From Escherichia coli (lineage in GTDB: Bacteria > Pseudomonadota > Gammaproteobacteria > Enterobacterales > Enterobacteriaceae): a DNA stretch of 64,000 nt. The translations under genes were made by a program, and so were the position numbers. Where the stretch lies: assembly GCF_001677475.2 (NCBI RefSeq), contig NZ_CP015229.1. One strand, given 5' to 3'. The notes under the pieces were generated by a model. That model was not told the origin of the DNA. It worked only from the letters and a program-made list of their open reading frames with translations, and searched no databases. The first letter of the stretch is position 1, and each line of letters starts with the position of its first letter. Of this stretch, positions 52,115-64,000 are shown piece by piece.

Positions 52115-53584
52115 TTACATCATTACGACGTCAAACTGCTCCTGGTTATAGAGCGGTTCAATTTGTACTTTAACCTGTTTGCCAACGAAAATTTCCACTT
52201 CCGCCAGCGAGTGTGACTCTTCGCCTTTCAAGGCTTCAGCTACTGCCGGAGAAGCATAGACCAGGAAACGGTCGGAGTCGTAAGCATGGTGGACACGAAC
52301 AATCTCGCGCATGATTTCATAGCATACCGTTTCCACGGTTTTCACCGTTCCGCGACCGTGGCAGGTTGGGCATTCGTTACACAGTACGTGCTCAATGCTT
52401 TCGCGGGTGCGTTTACGCGTCATCTCCACCAGCCCCAGCGCCGAAAAACCATTAACGCTGGTTTTCACCCGGTCTTTGCTCAACGCCTGCTCTAGCGAAT
52501 GCAGCACGCGGCGGCGGTGATCTTCATTATTCATATCGATGAAATCAATAATGATAATCCCGCCCAGATTACGCAACCGTAACTGGCGAGCGATAGCCTG
52601 CGTCGCTTCAATATTGGTATTGAAAATGGTGTCGTCCAGATTGCGATGACCGACAAACGCCCCGGTATTGATGTCCACGGTGGTCATCGCTTCGGTCTGG
52701 TCGATAATCAGATAGCCACCAGATTTCAGTTCTACTTTGCGTTCCAGCGCTCGCTGGATTTCGTTTTCGACATCAAAGAGATCGAAAATCGGCTGGCGTC
52801 CGGTGTAATGCTCCAGCTTGCTGGTCATCTCGGGAATGTACTCCGAGGTGAACTCAAGTAATGCTTCGTAAGTCAGGCGTGAGTCAACGCGAATGCGGTC
52901 CAGTTCGGCGTCGGCGAAATCACGCAGAACACGCTGAGCCAGCGCCAGTTCGCCGTACAGCTGATAACGGGTCTGCGGGCGTTTTTTACGCTCCATAACT
53001 TTGGTCCAGACGCGTTTCAGATAAGCGGCATCGGAGGCCAGTTCAGCCTCGCCAACCCCTTCCGCTGCGGTACGGATGATAAACCCGCCCTGCTCGTCGC
53101 AATACTCTGCGACCACTTTTTTCAAGCGTTCACGTTCTGATTCGCTTTCAATACGTTGGGAAACCCCAACGTGAGAAGCCCCTGGCATAAAGACCAGATA
53201 GCGAGAAGGCAGCGTGATATCGGTGGTCAGGCGCGCACCCTTAGTGCCAAGCGGATCTTTCACCACCTGCACCATCAGATCTTGCCCCTGACGGACCAGC
53301 TCCGAGATATCGCGTACCGTGAATTGCTTTTGTTCTTCACCCGCCACACATTCGGTGTGCGGCATGATGTCGGATGCATGAAGAAACGCGGCTTTATCCA
53401 GCCCAATATCTACAAAAGCCGCCTGCATACCCGGAAGTACACGACTTACACGACCCTTGTAGATATTGCCTACTATTCCGCGTCGCGCCTCACGTTCAAT
53501 ATGAATTTCCTGCAGAATACCGCCATCAATATACGCCACTCGCGTTTCCGAAGGCGTTACGTTTACCAACAATTCAGCCGTCAT
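52115..53584 (-). CDS. rng: RNase G
   Basis: ORF track 52115..53602(-) trimmed to [13 protein letters not shown]... (489 aa); S1 domain N-terminus. Confidence 0.94.
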
Positions 53585-54167
53585 GTTTATCCCTTTTCTC
53601 ACGCAGTGCGTTAAAATTACTTAATAATTCATACGTTTCAACCAGCGGTAAGCCGACTACGGCGTGATAGCTGCCATTTATCTTCCTGACAAAACAGCCA
53701 CCCAGCCCCTGAATACCGTATGCACCTGCTTTATCTAACGGTTCACCGCTGGCGACATAGCCCGCGATGTCTTCGTCTGTTAACGTTCTGAAAGTCACAT
53801 CGGTGACCACCAGGCAATCGAGAATGTGCTGGCTGTCGGCCAACGCCACTGCCGTCATCACCTGATGGGTCTGACCCGATAATTTGCGCAACATCTGCGC
53901 CGCATGCTCTGCGTCGCGCGGTTTCTCCAGCACTTCTCCGTTCAGGATAACGATAGTATCCGCACCCAGCACCGGGAGACCCTTCGCCGTTTGCGCGACA
54001 CCTGCCCGTGCTTTCTCGCGCGCCAGACGCACAACATACTGCTGCGCGCTCTCCTGCGGCTGACGCTGCTCCTCAATGCCCGTAACAATACGTTCAAAGG
54101 TCACGCCAAGTTGCGCAAGTAACTCCTGACGACGCGGAGAACCGGAAGCTAAATACAGAGAAGTCAT
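53574..54167 (-). CDS. yhdE: YhdE, Maf-like nucleoside triphosphate pyrophosphatase
   Basis: ORF track 53574..54227(-) trimmed to [17 protein letters not shown]... (197 aa); 3' end overlaps the rng start. Confidence 0.92.
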   Translation of the reverse strand: MTSLYLASGSPRRQELLAQLGVTFERIVTGIEEQRQPQESAQQYVVRLAREKARAGVAQTAKGLPVLGADTIVILNGEVLEKPRDAEHAAQMLRKLSGQTHQVMTAVALADSQHILDCLVVTDVTFRTLTDEDIAGYVASGEPLDKAGAYGIQGLGGCFVRKINGSYHAVVGLPLVETYELLSNFNALREKRDKHDG

Positions 54168-54175
54168 AGAAACCT

Positions 54176-55767
<1,592 letters not shown>

Positions 55768-55832
55768 AAGTTATGCGTATTCTCGTATCAGACCAGGCAG
55801 GGTAAACAGACACTTCCCCTGCCTGCATCCGA

Positions 55833-57002
<1,170 letters not shown>

Positions 57003-57180
57003 TTACAAATCTCTGCCTGAGTCCAGAAAGGCTTAATGCATCAGCAGCATTCCTCGCCTGTTTGCAACCGCGTAAGGTCATTCATCTGCATATGTGCTGC
57101 AACAATCTGGCGAGCAGACAAGCACACTCCCATGAGACGCAGCGCGCGTTATTCTACGTGAAAACGGATTAAACGGCAGG

Positions 57181-59121
57181 TTAAACCGAGTATCTTTGTG
57201 AATATTTTTTCACGTTAGTATCAAGTGGCTGTGAGGACGCGAAAAAATCCCCTTGCCCACCTGTAACACCGCGCTGAATCAGGGTCTGCCACTCGCTTCG
57301 CGAACGCACGCCGGTGGCGTAAACCTGGGTGCTGGTCCCGGAGCAGGCTTCCACCAGGCTTTGAACCAGCAGCTGGTTCTCCGTTCGCTTCTCAATGTTT
57401 CTGACCAGCCCCGGATGGAGCTTGAGTAACTCAACATTAAGTTCTTTGATCCAACTGGTGCTAACCAGCGTCAAACCAGCCTGGTTGACGGCTACCCGTA
57501 CCCCTAAAGCATTCACTAAACGAATAACAGGTTGTAAACGACTGATATGTTGACCTACATCGGCCTCTGCAAGTTCAATAATTATGCGTTTTCGTTGTGA
57601 TTTTTCACATTGCATTAACGTATCGCGCAGCCAACGCTGAAAACGCGGGCGAATCAGCGACTCAACGGTAACCTGAATCGCCAGATTTTCCTCCGGCCAG
57701 TAACGCAATAGTGGAATCAGACGGCTGATTTGCAGGCGGTCATACTCTTCCGATAAGCCAAACTGCAAGACCATCGGCATATACTCCGCCGAGCTAACCT
57801 CTTCGTTACCATCGAAGATGCGGCACATGAGTTCGCGATGATGAACCTGACCTTCGCGAGTAACCGCCGGTTTTTGATAAAGGCGCGGGCCGCCGCGACT
57901 GAGCATTTGCTCGATAAGCGTACGCCAGCGAACATTACCGCGTCCTTTTTCAGGCAACGAGTCATCGTAAATAGCCCAGCTATTGCCGCCCTGCAATCCC
58001 GCATTACGCGTGGCAGACTCTGCATGTTCCATTACCTGCTCGGTATCCTGACCACTACGCCAGGCACAGATACCAATGTGGATCATATCGTCGCGATCGA
58101 GCATTTTATTGTTCGGCAAGGTATCGACGGCTTTGATTAACTGACTGGCTATGCTCTCAGCCTCTTTTAACGTCCGGTGGGGCAACAGCGCAGCAAAATC
58201 ACTGCGGTGGTAACGCGCCAGCAGTGCGCCAGGGTAGCGCATCATAAATGTCGACAGCAGATTCGTCAGAGAGAAGAACTGTTCTTCAACCTGGCTGTGC
58301 CCCCAGGTATCACTCAACATATTGAAATCCGGCAGACGAATCATCATCACGATCCCGTGGGTACCTACTTTCTCTTGATCTTCCAGTAACGTTGCTAACT
58401 GATTATCGAAAAAGAGTCGGTTATTGAGGCCGGTTTTCATGTCCTGGGCGGCATAAGAGCGGATCAGCGTATCAAGACGGCTGTGTTGTTCGCGTGCGTT
58501 CTGAATTTCACGAAGCAGCGTATCCAGCGCACTGCTGGTTCTGGGCGGCCATTCATAGATGGTTCCCAACACATTAGAGCCACGCTCACCGTTTAAGATA
58601 CGAGTAGCCCGGGTTTCCAGCAATTCTTGCCCGGCAAGTTGCCGTTGTAACCAGCGTACCGCCAGGAAGAGCATAAGAATGATAAAGCCAATCGCCCCCG
58701 TGAGCGGCGCGGTGGTCATCAACGAATGGAAATAGTTGCCCATCGGATCCTGATAAACCAGACGCAGCGACATCCCCGGATGCTTTATCAACGGAACGCT
58801 CAGTTCGCGAAACAGATCGCTGGTGCCAACCGGACGATAACTACCATTTCTGGCGAGGGTATAAACCTGTTTATCACCATGCAGCAGGTCTACACGAACG
58901 ATATCTGCTGACACCATTAATTCGGTAATTTGTGGCCTTAATGCGCTGAAGTCATTCGACACAAGGTGGGTATCAATCGCCGTCGCCACCGCCTGAACGC
59001 GATGACTAAACTTATACTGAATGGCGTTGTAGAAACTTAGCGAACAGCCCAGCAAAGTCACAAAAATTGTTAACCCGGTGAGCAGCGTAACAAAGGCCGA
59101 AAATTTCGTCGTTAATCTCAT
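57181..59121 (-). CDS. csrD: CsrD, GGDEF/EAL-domain regulator of CsrB/CsrC sRNA turnover
   Basis: ORF track 57181..59121(-), 646 aa with N-terminal TM segments and degenerate GGDEF and EAL regions. Confidence 0.93.
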   Translation of the reverse strand: MRLTTKFSAFVTLLTGLTIFVTLLGCSLSFYNAIQYKFSHRVQAVATAIDTHLVSNDFSALRPQITELMVSADIVRVDLLHGDKQVYTLARNGSYRPVGTSDLFRELSVPLIKHPGMSLRLVYQDPMGNYFHSLMTTAPLTGAIGFIILMLFLAVRWLQRQLAGQELLETRATRILNGERGSNVLGTIYEWPPRTSSALDTLLREIQNAREQHSRLDTLIRSYAAQDMKTGLNNRLFFDNQLATLLEDQEKVGTHGIVMMIRLPDFNMLSDTWGHSQVEEQFFSLTNLLSTFMMRYPGALLARYHRSDFAALLPHRTLKEAESIASQLIKAVDTLPNNKMLDRDDMIHIGICAWRSGQDTEQVMEHAESATRNAGLQGGNSWAIYDDSLPEKGRGNVRWRTLIEQMLSRGGPRLYQKPAVTREGQVHHRELMCRIFDGNEEVSSAEYMPMVLQFGLSEEYDRLQISRLIPLLRYWPEENLAIQVTVESLIRPRFQRWLRDTLMQCEKSQRKRIIIELAEADVGQHISRLQPVIRLVNALGVRVAVNQAGLTLVSTSWIKELNVELLKLHPGLVRNIEKRTENQLLVQSLVEACSGTSTQVYATGVRSRSEWQTLIQRGVTGGQGDFFASSQPLDTNVKKYSQRYSV

Positions 59122-59272
59122 CCTTGTGTTAACTCCGATAGTGAGGAAGCGGGCATACTAGCAAATCAGATTTATCTCGCAATTTATTGCGCTTCATCGG
59201 CTTTGCTTTTCCATTAGCGAGTATAGTCTTCAGAAATTATTTTCCAATCCATCATGCACATGAGGACCACTT

Positions 59273-60247
59273 ATGCAGGCGTTACTTTTAGAACAGCAGG
59301 ACGGCAAAACTCTCGCATCAGTACAGACTCTGGACGAAAGTCGCCTGCCGGAGGGCGATGTCACGGTTGATGTTCACTGGTCGAGCCTGAACTACAAAGA
59401 TGCGCTGGCAATTACCGGTAAGGGAAAAATCATCCGTAATTTTCCGATGATTCCTGGGATCGATTTTGCCGGAACTGTACGCACCAGCGAAGATCCGCGT
59501 TTTCATGCCGGTCAGGAGGTGTTACTCACTGGCTGGGGCGTTGGTGAAAACCACTGGGGGGGGCTGGCGGAACAGGCGCGAGTGAAAGGTGACTGGCTGG
59601 TTGCCATGCCGCAAGGGCTGGACGCACGTCAAGCAATGATTATCGGTACTGCCGGTTTTACCGCCATGCTGTGTGTGATGGCGCTGGAAGATGCCGGTGT
59701 TCGCCCGCAGGATGGGGAGATTGTCGTGACGGGTGCCAGTGGTGGCGTCGGCAGTACCGCCGTGGCGCTGCTGCATAAGTTGGGTTATCAGGTCGTTGCC
59801 GTTTCTGGTCGCGAAAGTACCCATGAATATCTGAAAAGTTTAGGAGCCAGCCGTATTCTCTCTCGCGATGAGTTTACCGAATCCCGTCCTCTGGAAAAAC
59901 AACTCTGGGCTGGGGCAATTGACACCGTTGGCGACAAAGTGCTGGCGAAAGTGCTAGCGCAAATGAATTACGGCGGCTGCGTGGCGGCCTGTGGTCTGGC
60001 GGGTGGTTTTACTCTGCCAACCACGGTCATGCCATTTATTCTGCGTAATGTCCGTTTACAGGGGGTGGATTCAGTGATGACGCCACCAGCACGCCGCGCA
60101 CAAGCCTGGCAGCGACTGGTCGCCGATTTACCGGAATCATTCTATACCCAGGTGGCACAAGAGATATATCTGGCAGAGGCACCGAAGTTTGCCGAGGCCA
60201 TCATTAATAACCAGATCCAGGGTCGCACGCTGGTGAAGGTTAACTAA
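59273..60247 (+). CDS. acuI: AcuI (YhdH), acrylyl-CoA reductase (MDR family)
   Basis: ORF track 59273..60247(+), 324 aa; NAD(P)-binding GASGGVG motif. Confidence 0.93.
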   Translation: MQALLLEQQDGKTLASVQTLDESRLPEGDVTVDVHWSSLNYKDALAITGKGKIIRNFPMIPGIDFAGTVRTSEDPRFHAGQEVLLTGWGVGENHWGGLAEQARVKGDWLVAMPQGLDARQAMIIGTAGFTAMLCVMALEDAGVRPQDGEIVVTGASGGVGSTAVALLHKLGYQVVAVSGRESTHEYLKSLGASRILSRDEFTESRPLEKQLWAGAIDTVGDKVLAKVLAQMNYGGCVAACGLAGGFTLPTTVMPFILRNVRLQGVDSVMTPPARRAQAWQRLVADLPESFYTQVAQEIYLAEAPKFAEAIINNQIQGRTLVKVN

Positions 60248-61224
60248 CCATTTAGCAAGGATTAATAAGAGAGGGAACTCATTTTGAAATCATTATTCAA
60301 TCGGTTAACGGGAAAAGCGGTTAGCCGGACAGCTTTCGTCGAACATCTTGGTCATGAAGTTGTACAACATCATCCAAACTGGAAAGTCATGATTTCGACA
60401 GACCATACATTGATGCGCATTGAAACTCCACTAAACAGCCATTATTGATACGCCTCCGTCGCCTGTTAGGTTTATGGTGCTTTGCCTGGGCGACGCTACG
60501 CTTAACCTGTTACTGATTTCTGGTACCATGGGGTGAATAATCTGATTTTATTTGCCTACAAATTAACCACTCGAACGTATTTGATGCTGAGCATTGTCAG
60601 ACGGTTGATTTTGCGTGCTTTAGCATTCACATCTATCCAGACGATGAAGTGAAAATTGCGTAATCCTCAGCAACCGCTGCGTAATGTCGTCTATCTTGTC
60701 GCGATCCTGGCATCCCTACATTATTTGTGGTCTGTGAAGATTATCTCATTGCAGCCCCTCATCTTCGCAGGGCTGGCTTTACAGCTTTTAGCCTTACGTT
60801 ATAAGAAGTTCCGTCGATGATGGCGCTAATTTCGTGAGTTGTGCGGCTTGTTGCAAATTACACGGTGTTGAAGGTTATTTACATGTTAGCTGTTGATTAT
60901 CTTCCCTGATAAGACCAGTATTTAGCTGCCAATTGCTACGAAATCGTTATAATGTGCGACCTCGTTCTCCCTGACGCAGTTTTTGCGCTGCGGAAAAGGT
61001 GACATTGGCGCAACGAAGGTATATTTTGTTTTTTGCCGGAGGATAGCAGCAGATCGCTGCACAATGTCCGTCAAGTCTAACATTGACACTCTGGGGCAAA
61101 ATAGACCGGCGTCCCGGCCTGCTGGAATTTATCGCTATGCATACAGCTGTCGGGGCATACGCTTTACAGACGGCGGTGAAACGCCTGTCACAATCACACT
61201 AAACAAAGAGTACGGAACCCACTC

Positions 61225-61695
61225 ATGGATATTCGTAAGATTAAAAAACTGATCGAGCTGGTTGAAGAATCAGGCATCTCCGAACTGGAAATTTCTGAAG
61301 GCGAAGAGTCAGTACGCATTAGCCGTGCAGCTCCTGCCGCAAGTTTCCCTGTGATGCAACAAGCTTACGCTGCACCAATGATGCAGCAGCCAGCTCAATC
61401 TAACGCAGCCGCTCCGGCGACCGTTCCTTCCATGGAAGCGCCAGCAGCAGCGGAAATCAGTGGTCACATCGTACGTTCCCCGATGGTTGGTACTTTCTAC
61501 CGCACCCCAAGCCCGGACGCAAAAGCGTTCATCGAAGTGGGTCAGAAAGTAAACGTGGGCGATACCCTGTGCATCGTTGAAGCCATGAAAATGATGAACC
61601 AGATCGAAGCGGACAAATCCGGTACCGTGAAAGCAATTCTGGTCGAAAGTGGACAACCGGTAGAATTTGACGAGCCGCTGGTCGTCATCGAGTAA
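61225..61695 (+). CDS. accB: AccB, biotin carboxyl carrier protein
   Basis: ORF track 61225..61695(+), 156 aa; biotinylation motif [10 protein letters not shown]. Confidence 0.97.
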
Positions 61696-61705
61696 CGAGG
61701 CGAAC

Positions 61706-63055
61706 ATGCTGGATAAAATTGTTATTGCCAACCGCGGCGAGATTGCATTGCGTATTCTTCGTGCCTGTAAAGAACTGGGCATCAAGACTGTCGCTGTGCA
61801 CTCCAGCGCGGATCGCGATCTAAAACACGTATTACTGGCAGATGAAACGGTCTGTATCGGCCCTGCTCCGTCAGTAAAAAGTTATCTGAACATCCCGGCA
61901 ATCATCAGCGCCGCTGAAATCACCGGCGCAGTAGCAATCCATCCGGGTTACGGCTTCCTCTCCGAGAACGCCAACTTTGCCGAGCAGGTTGAACGCTCCG
62001 GCTTTATCTTCATCGGCCCGAAAGCAGAAACCATTCGCCTGATGGGCGACAAAGTATCCGCAATCGCGGCGATGAAAAAAGCGGGCGTCCCTTGCGTACC
62101 GGGTTCTGACGGCCCGCTGGGCGACGATATGGATAAAAACCGTGCCATTGCTAAACGCATTGGTTATCCGGTGATTATCAAAGCCTCCGGCGGCGGCGGT
62201 GGTCGCGGTATGCGCGTAGTGCGCGGCGACGCTGAACTGGCACAATCCATCTCCATGACCCGTGCGGAAGCGAAAGCTGCTTTCAGCAACGATATGGTTT
62301 ACATGGAGAAATACCTGGAAAATCCTCGCCACGTCGAGATTCAGGTACTGGCTGACGGTCAGGGCAACGCTATCTATCTGGCGGAACGTGACTGCTCCAT
62401 GCAGCGCCGCCACCAGAAAGTGGTCGAAGAAGCACCAGCACCGGGCATTACCCCGGAACTGCGTCGCTACATCGGCGAACGTTGCGCTAAAGCGTGTGTT
62501 GATATCGGCTATCGCGGTGCAGGTACTTTCGAGTTCCTGTTCGAAAACGGCGAGTTCTATTTCATCGAAATGAACACCCGTATTCAGGTAGAACACCCGG
62601 TTACAGAAATGATCACCGGCGTTGACCTGATCAAAGAACAGCTGCGTATCGCTGCCGGTCAACCGCTGTCGATCAAGCAAGAAGAAGTTCACGTTCGCGG
62701 CCATGCGGTGGAATGTCGTATCAACGCCGAAGATCCGAACACCTTCCTGCCAAGTCCGGGCAAAATCACCCGTTTCCACGCACCTGGCGGTTTTGGCGTG
62801 CGTTGGGAGTCTCATATCTACGCGGGCTACACCGTACCGCCGTACTATGACTCAATGATCGGTAAGCTGATTTGCTACGGTGAAAACCGTGATGTGGCGA
62901 TTGCCCGCATGAAGAATGCGCTGCAGGAGCTGATCATCGACGGTATCAAAACCAACGTTGATCTGCAGATCCGCATCATGAATGACGAGAACTTCCAGCA
63001 TGGTGGCACTAACATCCACTATCTGGAGAAAAAACTCGGTCTTCAGGAAAAATAA
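61706..63055 (+). CDS. accC: AccC, biotin carboxylase
   Basis: ORF track 61667..63055(+) trimmed to [14 protein letters not shown]... (449 aa). Confidence 0.97.
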
Positions 63056-63101
63056 TTTGTGACGCGCGGTGTTTTCATCGCGCTTAGCAAAGAACGTAAT
63101 C

Positions 63102-63136
63102 AACGCCGGGCCTGTTAACGCTGCCCGGCGTTTTTA
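63102..63136 (+). terminator. accBC rho-independent terminator (approximate coordinates)
   Basis: aacgccgggcctgttaacgctgcccggcgtt hairpin followed by tttttatt, about 45 bp after the accC stop. Confidence 0.65.
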
Positions 63137-63146
63137 TTGCCGTTAG

Positions 63147-64000
63147 CTAACGGTAGCCTGCAATTTCCGCTTTCAACGCGCTCATTTCAGCATCGCCATC
63201 AACAATTCCCAGCTCAAAGCAGTATTTCTTTGTTTCCCCTGGCTCTATAAAGGGCAGACGCCCCTGCGCTCGTTCTTTATCACGACCGTCAGGAAAACTA
63301 TTGCTGACCTCCAGCCCCATAACATATTCACCCGCGCCTAAATTTTTCCACTGGATAAAGTTGGGTAGCTGCATGGTGTCGAATTTCTCGTAAATTCCCC
63401 ACCCCAGTTCAGCGTTCACCAGCGCAATTTTACTCATCCCCTGACTGTCGCTATTCAAGGTGAGATAGTAAACCTGCTCGTCAAAACCGGGCTGTGGGGT
63501 ACAAATCTCCAGATGACTGGTTAACCCTTCCGCCGCATGCGGAGTTCGTGGCGTTACGCTTTTAGCCGACAGCAAGATTTCTGCCTGTGGCGATAATAAA
63601 GGCCAGCCGTAATTAAAGTGATAAAGAATTTGCAGCGGCTGGCGGGTGAAACCATGATTAGTCACCTCGTCTTCAATGCGCAGCACATTTTCGCCATAAC
63701 GGCAGCGAATGGTCCTTTCCAGCGTCAGATTTTCACCGAACAATCGCGTTTCCCGTACTTTGCCATTGATGACAAATTCAATGCCGTCGTCGGTCCGTTC
63801 TGTGCGATACCCCACCTCTTCTGCTGGAGTCGCAGCCAAACGCCCATGTAACCCCAGCGTTTCTCCTTCATCCTCACAGGGCGTGCCAATGTAGCTAAGT
63901 CCGCAGGTAGTCAGTAACCCCGCGTAAAAGCTACGTAAAAACCCGTTGCCCTGAGACTCGAAAAAAGCGGGGGCGACAATGCCGTTGGGGGTGATAAAAG
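63147..64000 (-). CDS. Hypothetical protein, possibly galactose-mutarotase-like/DUF4432-type; partial, with the 5' end beyond the window
   Basis: Track ORF 63147..63839(-) is the tail of a longer frame: I translated the minus strand by hand through to position 64000 and found no stop. Not a K-12 gene at this position (K-12 has yhdT/panF on the plus strand after accC). Family assignment is from motif impression only. Confidence 0.6.
   Translation of the reverse strand, partial: FITPNGIVAPAFFESQGNGFLRSFYAGLLTTCGLSYIGTPCEDEGETLGLHGRLAATPAEEVGYRTERTDDGIEFVINGKVRETRLFGENLTLERTIRCRYGENVLRIEDEVTNHGFTRQPLQILYHFNYGWPLLSPQAEILLSAKSVTPRTPHAAEGLTSHLEICTPQPGFDEQVYYLTLNSDSQGMSKIALVNAELGWGIYEKFDTMQLPNFIQWKNLGAGEYVMGLEVSNSFPDGRDKERAQGRLPFIEPGETKKYCFELGIVDGDAEMSALKAEIAGYR

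Noticed and set aside
60983-61252. 89-aa ORF overlapping the accB 5' leader and start
   Set aside because: Out of frame with accB, no RBS-like context noted, and the region is the known accB leader; most likely spurious.
61871-62815. 314-aa minus-strand ORF antisense to accC
   Set aside because: Entirely inside accC; no start context or motifs; antisense-frame artefact.

Overview
The window is a largely conserved Escherichia coli-type core chromosome segment, syntenic with the K-12 mlaB to accC region (about 71 to 73 min). Gene calls rest on the supplied ORF track plus my recognition of the encoded proteins and gene order; no database search was run. Where a track ORF carries an N-terminal extension, the start was trimmed to the internal start codon that matches the known N-terminus. 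Stop codons are included in CDS coordinates. Coordinates of small motifs (hairpins, operators, repeats) were counted by eye and may be off by a few bp. Content in order: mlaFEDCB, yrbG-kdsDC-lptCAB, rpoN-hpf-ptsN-rapZ-npr, yrbL, mtgA, elbB, the ArcZ sRNA, arcB, yhcC, gltBD, yhcG, the nanATEK-yhcH sialic acid operon with nanR, dcuD, sspAB, rpsI-rplM, zapE, zapG, degQ, degS, mdh, argR, yhcN, yhcO, aaeXAB and aaeR, tldD, yhdP, rng, yhdE, mreBCD, csrD, acuI and accBC. I did not find a convincing multi-gene novel system inside the window. The points worth a second look are: (1) gltD is followed directly by yhcG, so gltF and the yhcADEF fimbrial genes of K-12 are absent; (2) yhcG carries a single in-frame TAG codon but is otherwise full length; (3) a family of four near-identical hairpin palindromes, three of them inside the yhcG reading frame; (4) a non-K-12 gene on the minus strand immediately downstream of accC that runs off the window edge; (5) a 977 bp non-coding gap upstream of accB.
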